This document shows positions 18,858 to 28,752 of a stretch of DNA of 64,000 nucleotides, in pieces. The DNA lies in assembly GCA_048938005.1 (NCBI GenBank), contig JBHLMQ010000013.1:1-64000 (forward strand). Direction: 5' to 3'. Position 1 is the stretch's first letter, and every line of letters begins with the position of its first letter. The notes beneath the pieces were generated by a model. That model was not told the origin of the DNA, searched no databases, and saw only the letters and a list, made by a program, of their open reading frames with translations. A program made the position numbers and the translations under genes. The stretch comes from Promethearchaeota archaeon (GTDB lineage: Archaea > Asgardarchaeota > Lokiarchaeia > Sigyniarchaeales > SOKP01).

Positions 18858-19976
18858 CTAATTATTTTTTTTAAATTCTTCGTAATTTAACTTCTGAATT
18901 TCTACAGGATTAACAATCTTAATATTTTCTATTAATTTAATAGACTCCATTTTTAATAGTTTTTCATATCCCAAATCATTTAATATTAAAATGTAAATAA
19001 CATATTTGGGATAATATTTTTCAATGATTCTGCGAATGTAATTAGAATTTAGATTTTGTAAGATTAAAAATAAGAAATTTTGCTCAATTAAAAATAGGTT
19101 CTCATTTAATCTCAAATACTCAATTTGATTATTTAATAGATTTTCTTCAAGCAACTCAATCATACGTGATAATTCTAATAAATGTGACTGTTTAATAGTT
19201 TTAAAAAGATCATAAAAATCATTTAATAAAAAGTAGGCATCTATTATTCCTAATCTCCAAAGCAAATTGAAAATTGCCTTAATTTTAAGATCTTGCTTTT
19301 TTATTAAATTACAATGGAAAAAACTGTTAATGTTTTTATCTATATTAGAAGTGAACTCATTATTTTCACAAATCTCTACAAGGTAAGATGTTAATTCAAT
19401 AATTTCATTATGATCTATTCGAAAATGAAATATTAAATGCCCTTTTTTGCTTAGATTTTTAATTAGATTTGAAAAGTTATATATAAATAATACTTTATTT
19501 TTAATTAAATCTAAATCAATGCTATAAAAACTAAAAATTTTTGACTCTTTCTCAGAAGAGATCAAAATTGATTCAGATGATTTATTGATAGATGTATATG
19601 AATTTATTCTTTTAAAAATAATTTTTAAAAATCTTTCCTCTAAGAGCTTTTCTTTTATGAATTTAAAAGGAAAATGAGTTTCAATCATTTTTTGTTGAAC
19701 TTTATTAAAAGCCTTAATTATTCCTTCTTTTGTATCATCTTCAAAATTCAACAATAATAATTTTTTGATTTTTTTATAAATATCTATTTGGATTGAATAA
19801 TATTGAATTATCCTCTTCTTTAAAAATTCATTAAAGAGGGATTCAATCAAATTAAGATTTAAATCTTCTAGAATTGCGAATGCTATTATTTTATTATTTT
19901 TACTTAGGCTCTTATAGAAAATTAAGTGATTTTCAATGAGATATGAAAAAAGTTTATACTTGCCCTTTTTAACCAT
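18858..19976 (-). CDS. Hypothetical protein
   Basis: 372-aa ORF with no recognised motif. Confidence 0.7.
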   Translation of the reverse strand: MVKKGKYKLFSYLIENHLIFYKSLSKNNKIIAFAILEDLNLNLIESLFNEFLKKRIIQYYSIQIDIYKKIKKLLLLNFEDDTKEGIIKAFNKVQQKMIETHFPFKFIKEKLLEERFLKIIFKRINSYTSINKSSESILISSEKESKIFSFYSIDLDLIKNKVLFIYNFSNLIKNLSKKGHLIFHFRIDHNEIIELTSYLVEICENNEFTSNIDKNINSFFHCNLIKKQDLKIKAIFNLLWRLGIIDAYFLLNDFYDLFKTIKQSHLLELSRMIELLEENLLNNQIEYLRLNENLFLIEQNFLFLILQNLNSNYIRRIIEKYYPKYVIYILILNDLGYEKLLKMESIKLIENIKIVNPVEIQKLNYEEFKKNN

Positions 19977-20101
19977 TACATTAATATTTTAAATTAGATT
20001 TATAAAAACATAAATTTTTTCGAATAACAATAGATAAAAATGGTATGAAAAAGTTATAATAAATTTGACATTATATAAGTAAAAAGAATTGGAGTCTTAA
20101 A

Positions 20102-20278
20102 TTGAGTAAATTCGAAAGGTATAAACAAAAAGCTGACGTTTATATATATCCACATAAACATTGTAAGAAGTGTGGAGAAATGATCTCTGAAGCTCATTCT
20201 TATTGTGCTGAATGTTATAAAAACTTAAAAGAAAAGAAAAAAAGGAGATGGTTCAGAAGGAAAAAATTGAATAGTTAA
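20102..20278 (+). CDS. DUF2116-like Zn-ribbon small protein (58 aa; not in ORF track)
   Basis: TTG start after GGAG; MSKFERYKQKADVYIYPHKHCKKCGEMISEAHSYCAECYKNLKEKKKRRWFRRKKLNS*. Confidence 0.75.
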   Translation: MSKFERYKQKADVYIYPHKHCKKCGEMISEAHSYCAECYKNLKEKKKRRWFRRKKLNS

Positions 20279-20317
20279 ATCATAGGATTTTTCCTTTTAT
20301 TTGACTTATTCAAAAAA

Positions 20318-22024
20318 TTAAATATTAAATCTTTCTAATAACCAATTTTTATCTAAGAGGGTTAAAAATGGTCCTAATCGTGGACCGCTTTTTTTACCTA
20401 AAATAATTTGATAAATTGCTTCAAATAGTTTTCTTGGAGAGATATCTAAATCATTTTTTGCTATAGAAAAAATTTTATTTTGAATAAAATTTGCATCTAA
20501 TTCATCATTTTCATTTAAGAACTCCCTTAATAAATGTATCCCTTTTAGTTGCTTTTTATCTAATTTCTTTATCGTATTTATAGTTATTTTATTTGGAATT
20601 GTGAAAATCTCTACTTTTCTTAGAATCTCTTCTTTAACTTTCGAATCTGTTTCGTTTTCTAATATTGTTTTTATTTCTTCAATCCAATTATTAGTTTTGG
20701 TTAAAAGTGCCTCAAATTCTTCTATACTAACTATATTATCAAAATTATGTTCTTCCATGTAGGATTTTGCTTTTTCATAGAGTATATCTAAATCTAAAAT
20801 ATTTTGAATTTGTGCGAAAAAAGTCAAAAGCTTCAAGGGTAATTTTTTTGATTTTGTTTTAGGGAAATCATTTATCTGTGTTAATGGAAAAATGTATTTA
20901 AAAAATCTATTTTCTTCAGACTCATTTAATATTTCCAAATCATAGTAAGAATTTTCCATTTTTTCATAATATTCATAATATTGAGGAAGTTCTTCAATCC
21001 TAAAAGCGATATGCTTCAGTGGAATTGTTTTTAAAATAATTGTCCTATAAATCTTTGGATCAGCCATTTCTAGATACTTTTTTGGTGTAAAAACAATACC
21101 TTTAGATGTTTTCATATCATAATTTCCAAGTCTTAACCATTCATATGGAACTTTTACAGGGCCTTCATATCCATATATTTCTTTACATAATTCTAAACCA
21201 GTATCATATGCACCACCCTTTACGCTATGATCCTTGCCTGCAGGTTCACATGTCGTTTTATAAATTGCCCATTTTGCAGGCCAATCTATTCGCCAATTTA
21301 ATTTTAACCTCCCGCTCCAAATTGATATTTTTCCGGAGTGTCCACATGCTTTACACGTATAGGTTACTTTTTCTTCGTCATAAAAATATTCTTTTGCTCT
21401 ATTTGGTTGAATAGAACCATCTTTACTGACATGCTGGATTGAATTGCATTCCTCACAAATAACCATAACTGGTAACCAGTTTTTTTGCATTTCTATAAAT
21501 TTTGGCTTTAATTCTTCTTTTAGAGTAGGCAATATATATTTTTTCAAGATTTCCTTAATTTTTTTAGTATTTTCCAGAGCAATCTTTATTTTTTCTTGCA
21601 TCTTTTTAGTTTTGTATAATTCATGTGACCAAATTACAACAATTCTTATTCCAAAATCCGGAAATGATTCTATTAATTCATTACCAAAATGATGTGCATA
21701 ACTTTCGCATCTACAATCATCGTAAGGGCATGGAATCATAGCAAATGGTTTTCCAAGATGTTTTTTCCGAAATTTTTCAGGAATATATGCTGGAAATCGC
21801 TTAGCTGCATCTAGACTATCAAAAAATAATAAATTATTAACAATATCACCATTTTTTTCAAAAACCCTTCTTAAGGCATCGCAAATTATTATTTCTCGTA
21901 AAATTCCTAAATGGATATGACCCGATGGAGTCTTACCTGTAGAAAGTGTAATTTCATCAACTTTACGGGAGTAAATTTCTTCAACAATTTCTTCTATCCA
22001 ATGAACTGGAAAATCTTCATTCAA
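20318..22024 (-). CDS. lysK: Lysyl-tRNA synthetase, class I
   Basis: TPSGHIHLG (HIGH), KMKTSKG-type KMSKS region, WRIDWPAKW, EPAGKDH, SGPRLG. Confidence 0.96.
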   Translation of the reverse strand: MNEDFPVHWIEEIVEEIYSRKVDEITLSTGKTPSGHIHLGILREIIICDALRRVFEKNGDIVNNLLFFDSLDAAKRFPAYIPEKFRKKHLGKPFAMIPCPYDDCRCESYAHHFGNELIESFPDFGIRIVVIWSHELYKTKKMQEKIKIALENTKKIKEILKKYILPTLKEELKPKFIEMQKNWLPVMVICEECNSIQHVSKDGSIQPNRAKEYFYDEEKVTYTCKACGHSGKISIWSGRLKLNWRIDWPAKWAIYKTTCEPAGKDHSVKGGAYDTGLELCKEIYGYEGPVKVPYEWLRLGNYDMKTSKGIVFTPKKYLEMADPKIYRTIILKTIPLKHIAFRIEELPQYYEYYEKMENSYYDLEILNESEENRFFKYIFPLTQINDFPKTKSKKLPLKLLTFFAQIQNILDLDILYEKAKSYMEEHNFDNIVSIEEFEALLTKTNNWIEEIKTILENETDSKVKEEILRKVEIFTIPNKITINTIKKLDKKQLKGIHLLREFLNENDELDANFIQNKIFSIAKNDLDISPRKLFEAIYQIILGKKSGPRLGPFLTLLDKNWLLERFNI

Positions 22025-22255
22025 TTTTTCTTCCCCTAAATTACTTTTTCTTTATTGGTGTAATGAATCTTTCCTTTTTAATTTATTTCGGTATATATAA
22101 ATTAGACTAATTTAATTAAAAAGATCGAAAGAAAATTCTTAGTTATTTAGAATATTTATTTATTCAAAATACATAATCGAAAGTTATGTTTTAGCGACAG
22201 CAAATAGCAAATTATAAATGATTATTTTTGTTTTTAAATGGTAGTGAGTTAAATT

Positions 22256-24088
22256 ATGAGGATTGCTGTTTTAAATAAGGATTTTTGTAAACCAAACAAA
22301 TGTAGTCCTTTTGGAGAAAAGCCTTGTATTAAATATTGCCCCAGAGTGAGAACAGGAGATAAAACAATTGTTTTAAGCCCAGATGAGAAATTTGTCATCA
22401 TTACTGAAAGTTTATGCTCAGGAGAAGGTATATGCATTAAAAAATGTCCTTTTAATGCAATTAATATTGTAAATTTACCTGATCCATTAGAGAATCAAAT
22501 ATCATATCGATATGGGCAAGATCAGTTTTCATTGTTTCGAATGGCAATCCCTAAAAAAGGAAAAGTCCTTGGATTAATTGGACAAAATGGAATTGGAAAA
22601 AGCACATTACTTAAATTGTTATCAAATGAGATAAAAATAAATTTAGGAAAATTTGGTGATGAAGCTCCTGACTGGAAACAAATAATAGAACATTTTAAAG
22701 GATCAGAACTGCATCAATATTTTAATGAAATTAGAGAAGGTAAGATAAAGATTGTTCATAAACCTCAAAATATTACAGTAATCCCAAAGTTCGTATCAGG
22801 AAAGGTATATGATTTATTGAGTAAAAATGCCAAAGGAGAACAATTAGATCAAATCTGTGCGAAATTGAATCTCATTGAAATATTAGAAAGAGAAATATCA
22901 GTATTATCTGGAGGTGAATTGCAAAGAGTAGCTATTGCAGCAGCTTATCTCAAAGATGGAGATATATATTTATTTGATGAACCAAGTTCATATTTGGATG
23001 TAAGTGAAAGAATTAAAATGGCTAAATTAGTTCGTAGCTTATCTGAAAAAGGCAAAACTATTATTGTTGTTGAACATGATTTAGCAATTTTAGATTATTT
23101 AAGTGATTACGTTTCAATTTTATATGGACAACCTGGTGTTTATGGGATAGTTTCACATCCACAGGGTGTTAGAGTTGGTATTAATATTTATTTAAATGGA
23201 TATATAAAAGATGAAAATGTCAGATTCAGAGAAGAACCTATCACATTTCACGAACGGCCACCCCAGGAATCATTATTCGATAGTGGAGATGTCGTTTTTT
23301 CTTATGACGATATCGAAATTTCTTTAGGAAATTTCCAGTTGACTGCTTCTGGTAGTGAAATTCATGCAGGTGAACTTATTGGGATTCTAGGGCCAAATGG
23401 AATTGGTAAAACTACTTTTATTAATTCGCTTGCTAATAAAATTCATATTAATAATGAAGAATATGGTGATAAAATTGAGGAAAATGATGCGGGAAATATT
23501 CAAAAATTAAAAGTTGTTGTGAAGCCACAATATATTAAAATTGAAGAGGAAGGATTAGTGTCTAAGCTTATTACACAAATTAAGTTAGCTCCCCATTTAA
23601 GTCAGTCCTATAAAAAGAGATTGATTAAAAATTTAAATCTAGAAAATATAAAGGAGAGAAATTTTTCAGAATTAAGTGGTGGGGAATTACAGCGGGTTGC
23701 AATTGCTAAATGTCTTTCAACTGAAGCAGATATTTATTTATTAGATGAACCTTCAGCATTTTTAGATGTTGAGATGAGATTGCAGGTTGCTCAATTATTG
23801 AGAAAATCTATCGAAGAGTTAAAAAAATCTGGATTTGTAGTAGAACATGATATTATAACTCAAGATTTTATAGCTGATTCAATAATAGTATTTGATGGTA
23901 CTCCTGGATTAGAAGGTAATGGTTTACCCCCTCAAAATTTAAGGGATGGGTTTAATACATTTCTGAGAATGATGGGAATTACATTCAGGAGAGATTCTGC
24001 TACCAAAAGACCTCGTGTAAATAAACTAGGAAGTAATAAGGATGTATATCAGAAGCGGATTAATGAATATTATTATATCCCAAAATAA
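22256..24088 (+). CDS. abce1: Ribosome recycling ATPase ABCE1/RLI
   Basis: N-terminal Fe-S domain; two NBDs (GQNGIGKS, GPNGIGKT, LSGGELQR twice, DEPS); TFRRD...RPRVNK. Confidence 0.97.
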   Translation: MRIAVLNKDFCKPNKCSPFGEKPCIKYCPRVRTGDKTIVLSPDEKFVIITESLCSGEGICIKKCPFNAINIVNLPDPLENQISYRYGQDQFSLFRMAIPKKGKVLGLIGQNGIGKSTLLKLLSNEIKINLGKFGDEAPDWKQIIEHFKGSELHQYFNEIREGKIKIVHKPQNITVIPKFVSGKVYDLLSKNAKGEQLDQICAKLNLIEILEREISVLSGGELQRVAIAAAYLKDGDIYLFDEPSSYLDVSERIKMAKLVRSLSEKGKTIIVVEHDLAILDYLSDYVSILYGQPGVYGIVSHPQGVRVGINIYLNGYIKDENVRFREEPITFHERPPQESLFDSGDVVFSYDDIEISLGNFQLTASGSEIHAGELIGILGPNGIGKTTFINSLANKIHINNEEYGDKIEENDAGNIQKLKVVVKPQYIKIEEEGLVSKLITQIKLAPHLSQSYKKRLIKNLNLENIKERNFSELSGGELQRVAIAKCLSTEADIYLLDEPSAFLDVEMRLQVAQLLRKSIEELKKSGFVVEHDIITQDFIADSIIVFDGTPGLEGNGLPPQNLRDGFNTFLRMMGITFRRDSATKRPRVNKLGSNKDVYQKRINEYYYIPK

Positions 24089-24410
24089 GTAGATAATATT
24101 TGAATCATTATCTAATTCATTTTTAATAATTAACTATTACTTTATACTCCATAATTTCGATTGGAGAAATTTTTATTAATCAAATTAAGATTTAATTCGA
24201 AAATTTGTATTATTTCTTTCTTAATAAGATTATTTAAATATTTTCAAATTTATTTTAACTGGGCTCTATTCTAAAATTTATATATATATTTTTTCTTCTA
24301 TTCTAAAATAAAATTTGCAGTGGAAATATAATGGTATCTATTGATAATATTATTTTATTAACAAATTCCTTTGAATTATAAAAAAATATAAAATAAGGAA
24401 ATTAAAGTTA

Positions 24411-24665
24411 TTAATCTTTTAATTTCCAGAAAACGAGTGGACGACCTCTTTTTCCGTCATTCCGTGAAAATTTTTCGATTAATCTTCTTTTTTGGAGCTT
24501 TACTAGATTATCATATATTGTTGTTCTTGGAGTTTTGAGTTCTTCTACTAAATCTTTGCGAGTTACCGGTCCAGTTTCCTTTAAAATTTGTATTAAATTA
24601 TATTGTATAGGTGATAAATATCCTTTCTGGTCAGAATAACTATTAATTAAGATTTTATTTACCAT
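24411..24665 (-). CDS. Small winged-helix regulator (TrmB-like HTH)
   Basis: GPVTRKDLVEELKTPRTTIYDNLVKL...GKRGRPLVFW. Confidence 0.85.
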   Translation of the reverse strand: MVNKILINSYSDQKGYLSPIQYNLIQILKETGPVTRKDLVEELKTPRTTIYDNLVKLQKRRLIEKFSRNDGKRGRPLVFWKLKD

Positions 24666-24875
24666 TATTTATTCCTCCACTTTTAATACAGATTTAAAAA
24701 CGACAATTTTTCGACTTTTTAATTTTTAAAGAGAAAAATTTATTCTTATGATCTAGTAAGTTCCAAATGATATATAAATAATGCTTATTTATGCATTATT
24801 ATCATCAACTAGCATAATATTTATTAACATAAATTTTTCTATACTTAATATAGAAATATATATTTTAAACTAAAA

Positions 24876-25247
24876 ATGACTGAGACTACAAGAACAACTG
24901 TCACGTTGAATAAAAGTTATATGAAGTTGGTTGAAGATTTAGTGGATGTATTTGGAGCTACAAAAGCACAGGTAATTTCTAATATTGTAGAATATTTTTT
25001 TAACGATAGTAAAAATGATCCTCTTTTAGAAAAATTAAGGGCTAGAAAAAGGAAAGAAAAACCTCCTGAGAAATCAGATATTGAAAATAGAATTATAAAA
25101 TATTTAAAAAGAGCAGATAAAATACCTTTTGAAGTATTTGTGAATCATTTAAAATTAGATAGTGAATTTGTAATAGATCACCTTGATGAGTGGGGGGAAA
25201 AATATGATTTTATGTATGTCGATAATAAAATAATTAAAAGCAAGTAA
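24876..25247 (+). CDS. Ribbon-helix-helix DNA-binding protein with C-terminal wHTH-like domain
   Basis: TRTTVTLNKSYMKLVEDLV...TKAQVISNIVEYF fits the RHH pattern. Confidence 0.7.
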   Translation: MTETTRTTVTLNKSYMKLVEDLVDVFGATKAQVISNIVEYFFNDSKNDPLLEKLRARKRKEKPPEKSDIENRIIKYLKRADKIPFEVFVNHLKLDSEFVIDHLDEWGEKYDFMYVDNKIIKSK

Positions 25248-25282
25248 GATGTAAAGCATTTACGCTATTAATCTTCTAGCCA

Positions 25283-25483
25283 TCATCTAAATAATTCTAA
25301 GAAGTTATTTGAAAGTCCCACAGTCCAATCTAATATCGAAGTTATAACTCCAACAATAATAAAGAAAATAAATAAAGCAAAACCAAGTAATAAGGCATAT
25401 TCCACAAGATTTCCTCCATATTCATCAGAGAAGAATTGTTTAATTTTGGATCCAAATTTTTTTATGAGATTTTTAAAGTTCAT
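25283..25483 (-). CDS. Flp/Fap-type pilin
   Basis: FFSDEYG|GNLVEYALL followed by a hydrophobic helix; E at +5, Y at +6; 66 aa. Confidence 0.75.
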   Translation of the reverse strand: MNFKNLIKKFGSKIKQFFSDEYGGNLVEYALLLGFALFIFFIIVGVITSILDWTVGLSNNFLELFR

Positions 25484-25556
25484 TGCTAATTTATTTTTTA
25501 AAATAGTTTTATAAACTAAACGATTAAAAAAAAAAGTAGAATTGAATAGACAAATC

Positions 25557-25970
25557 TTAAGAAATTAAAATCTTAAAGACTTCATTAAGATGCTCTTCAG
25601 ATGCATGGGACCTTGGGATTTTAATTCGAAATTTTTTATCATCGAAATTTCTTGGAATTATATGAACGTGAAAATGTTTTATTACTTGACCAGCAGCTGT
25701 AAAATTATTTTGAAGTATATTATATCCATCAATTTTTAATTTATCATGAATCATAGTTGCTAAGCTCTTTACAACTTTATATAGTTCAGTAAGCTCATAA
25801 TCAGGGATATCCTCTAAATTTGAATAATGGTTTTTGGGTATCACTATTGTGTGTCCATTAGAAATAGGAGAAATACTTAAAAAAGCAAGATTTAAGTCAT
25901 TTTCAAATACAATTTTTGAAGGAATTTTCTTATTCGTTATTTTGCAAAATATACAATCTGTTTCATTCAT
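25557..25970 (-). CDS. hit: HIT family hydrolase
   Basis: DCIFCKI, GHTIVIPK, AGQVIKHFHVHIIPR. Confidence 0.95.
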   Translation of the reverse strand: MNETDCIFCKITNKKIPSKIVFENDLNLAFLSISPISNGHTIVIPKNHYSNLEDIPDYELTELYKVVKSLATMIHDKLKIDGYNILQNNFTAAGQVIKHFHVHIIPRNFDDKKFRIKIPRSHASEEHLNEVFKILIS

Positions 25971-26109
25971 TTATTTTAAACATTCTTATTATTAAGATAT
26001 TTTTTATATAATTTATATAATTTAATTTAAAATTAAAAAATCTTTACTCAGTTTTAGCATAATAAAAAATACATATTTTTCATCTTAATGCTCGTAGATA
26101 GTAATTGTA

Positions 26110-26925
26110 ATGTTGCTTCAAGAAATAAAAGCGATCTTAGAGAATAAATTATCTCCTAAACTATTTAGGATGAGTTCTGATATTTATGGAATACATTATG
26201 GTAAAAATAATAACATTAAACTAATAAAGAAGGTATTGCTTACGATTGATTTAAGTTTAGAAGCAATACACTTTGCCCTAAAAAACAAGGTTAACTTAAT
26301 AATCTCTCATCATAGTATAATTAATAAACCAATAAAAAGATTTAATCAAGTCCTCGTAAATAAATTGTCATTGCTTTCGAAATACCCATTATCAATATTT
26401 GTATTAAATTCGTCATTTATTGCAGCAGAAGGAGGGATTTCTGACACAATTATGGAAGTACTTTATCTAAAATTAGAAACCATATTTCAAGTGAAAAATT
26501 ATAAAGGTATTAAAATACCTATCGGAAGAATTTGTTCACCTATGATTTATTTAAATAAAAAGCATCCATTTAGATTAGAAAATTTAATAAACCGGATAAA
26601 AACAAATCTGGATTTAGAAGCAGTTTTATATGTTGGAGATCTTAAAAGTATTATAAAAAGAATTTGTATTGTAGGTACAAATATGTCGAATATAAAATAT
26701 ATTAAGAAAGCAATGAATCTTGGCTGTGACTGTTATATATCAGGAAAAATTAATTATTTTGATGGAATTTTTGCTAGGGAGATAGGACTTAATTTAATAG
26801 AAACATCCTATTATAAAAATGGATTATTAGCGATGAAAAAACTAAGTAATATATTGAGTTTAGAGTTTCCTCAGGTTGAATTTATCTTATTCGAATCTAA
26901 GAATCCTATTAAAACTTATATCTAA
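26110..26925 (+). CDS. NIF3/YbgI-like protein with degenerate metal sites
   Basis: KVLLTIDL, LIISHH and CDCYISG retained; the HTxLD and GHxxTE motifs are replaced. Confidence 0.8.
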   Translation: MLLQEIKAILENKLSPKLFRMSSDIYGIHYGKNNNIKLIKKVLLTIDLSLEAIHFALKNKVNLIISHHSIINKPIKRFNQVLVNKLSLLSKYPLSIFVLNSSFIAAEGGISDTIMEVLYLKLETIFQVKNYKGIKIPIGRICSPMIYLNKKHPFRLENLINRIKTNLDLEAVLYVGDLKSIIKRICIVGTNMSNIKYIKKAMNLGCDCYISGKINYFDGIFAREIGLNLIETSYYKNGLLAMKKLSNILSLEFPQVEFILFESKNPIKTYI

Positions 26926-27022
26926 GGGATATAATAAAAGTTTAAATCTTTTAAGAAATATTTTGAATTTAAAATATTAAAACTTTTTACTTCATATTTG
27001 AAAAATTATTTGTGAGAAAATT

Positions 27023-27604
27023 ATGACCATAATGGAGTATAATGGGAAAAGACCAGAAATAAGTCCACTTAGTTATGTATCACCAATGGCCACACTAATC
27101 GGGGATATACGTATTAATGATAATGTGATAATTTGGCCAGGATCAATCATACGCGCAGAAAATTCACCGATTATTATAGGTGAATATACTACAATATTTG
27201 ACGGAGTTATGATGTTAACCCGTTCTCAAAAAAGCTCAATAAATATTGGGAGATATTGTATAATAGAATCTGGAGTAACTCTTTTAGGATGTTTTTTAGA
27301 AGATTATGTTCAAATAAAAGAGGGGACTTTAATTTTTGAAGAAGCTTCTATTGGAGAAGGCTCAATAATTCTAAATCAAAGTCAAGTTCCACCAGGTTTA
27401 ACAATTCCAGCCCGAGCTGTTATGAGAGGAATTCCAGTTGAACCGATAAGAGAGCAAACTCGTAATGATGTACTTAAACAGAAAGAAAAAGCAGAAAATT
27501 ATTCTCAGTTATTTATTAAAATCAAAGAACAATTACCAAACGCTCAAAGTTATTTATTAACTTTACCAGATTTCATTAAGTTAATGTTAAAAAAAGAAGA
27601 TTAA
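27023..27604 (+). CDS. Gamma-carbonic anhydrase-like left-handed beta-helix protein lacking Zn-binding His
   Basis: Hexapeptide repeats (ATLIGDIRI, IWPGSIIRAE, IIIGEYTTIFDG); no His in the sequence. Confidence 0.8.
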   Translation: MTIMEYNGKRPEISPLSYVSPMATLIGDIRINDNVIIWPGSIIRAENSPIIIGEYTTIFDGVMMLTRSQKSSINIGRYCIIESGVTLLGCFLEDYVQIKEGTLIFEEASIGEGSIILNQSQVPPGLTIPARAVMRGIPVEPIREQTRNDVLKQKEKAENYSQLFIKIKEQLPNAQSYLLTLPDFIKLMLKKED

Positions 27605-27624
27605 AAAAAAACTAAAATTTTAAG

Positions 27625-28512
27625 TTATACCATAATATTTAACATTTTTACAAGTTCTTTATAACGTGAGCGAAGAGTTACCTCAGTTACCCCTACCAAA
27701 TTTGCTATTTCCTTTTGTGAAATTTTTTTATCCTTCTTTTTACAAACTAAATATAATGCTCCTGCACATAAACCTTTTGGATCTTTCCCACTTGTAGAAA
27801 ATTTGGTAGTAAAAGTTTGCAAAATTTTTATTGTTGTATTTTCCGCATCTGCATCTAACTCCAATTCTGCTATAAATCTTGGAATAAGAGAGATGGGATC
27901 TGTTGAGGGAGCTTTTAAATTTAATTCTCTAATTAATGTTCTATAGCATCGTCTTACATTTTTAGCACTTATAGATGTCTGATCTAAAATTTCCTGTAAA
28001 GTTCTTGGAATTTTTCTTTCCCTACATGCGAAATATAAGCAAGCAGCTACCATCCCATTGATTGATCTTCCACGAAGTAATTTCTTTTTGAAAGCTTCAA
28101 TATATAATCTTATTGCTGCTTTTTTTACATGATTTGGTAAATTTAAATTACTACCAATCCGTTTTAATTCTGTTGTTGCAATTAACATATTCCTTTTATC
28201 CCATGTCATACGAGAATTCCATTTAGCAGCTCTTTTCAAGTCAGGGCTTTTAATATTAGTTTTATCTATAATTGTACTTAAACCCATATCCGGTAATAAA
28301 ATTGAAATTGGAGATCCTGTTCTTTCTCTTGACTCTTTTTCTTGTTTAGTGAATGCCCTTTTTCCACTGTGAGATATATCAACAATTCTCTCACTTATTA
28401 CTAAACCACACTGTCCACACACAGTTTCTCCTCTCTCATGAAGTAAAATAATTTTACCCCTACATTCAGGGCATAAATTCGATAAATTACTTAAATCTGA
28501 TTCAACTTCCAT
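27625..28512 (-). CDS. tfb: Transcription initiation factor IIB (TFB)
   Basis: CPEC...RGETVCGQCG, RERTGSP, LLRGRSI, AACLYFACR, PRTLQEI, GKDPKG, SQKEIA...VTEVTLRSRYKEL. Confidence 0.95.
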   Translation of the reverse strand: MEVESDLSNLSNLCPECRGKIILLHERGETVCGQCGLVISERIVDISHSGKRAFTKQEKESRERTGSPISILLPDMGLSTIIDKTNIKSPDLKRAAKWNSRMTWDKRNMLIATTELKRIGSNLNLPNHVKKAAIRLYIEAFKKKLLRGRSINGMVAACLYFACRERKIPRTLQEILDQTSISAKNVRRCYRTLIRELNLKAPSTDPISLIPRFIAELELDADAENTTIKILQTFTTKFSTSGKDPKGLCAGALYLVCKKKDKKISQKEIANLVGVTEVTLRSRYKELVKMLNIMV

Positions 28513-28752
28513 AATAATAACCTTAAATTATTTCTAAAATTATTTATTTCCCTATTTTTGTTGCTATTTTAACAGACTTTAACCCGTATAGCGAATAAAA
28601 TATGGTTTTGAATACTAACTAAACTTAATGTGACTGAAAATCTAATATATTCTTTGATGCAAATAATATAAATATAAATATATTATATAAATGTTTCGCT
28701 CAGAATTTGTATATATTTTATTAATTTAGTATTGTTTTCTATAGTTAAAAAA

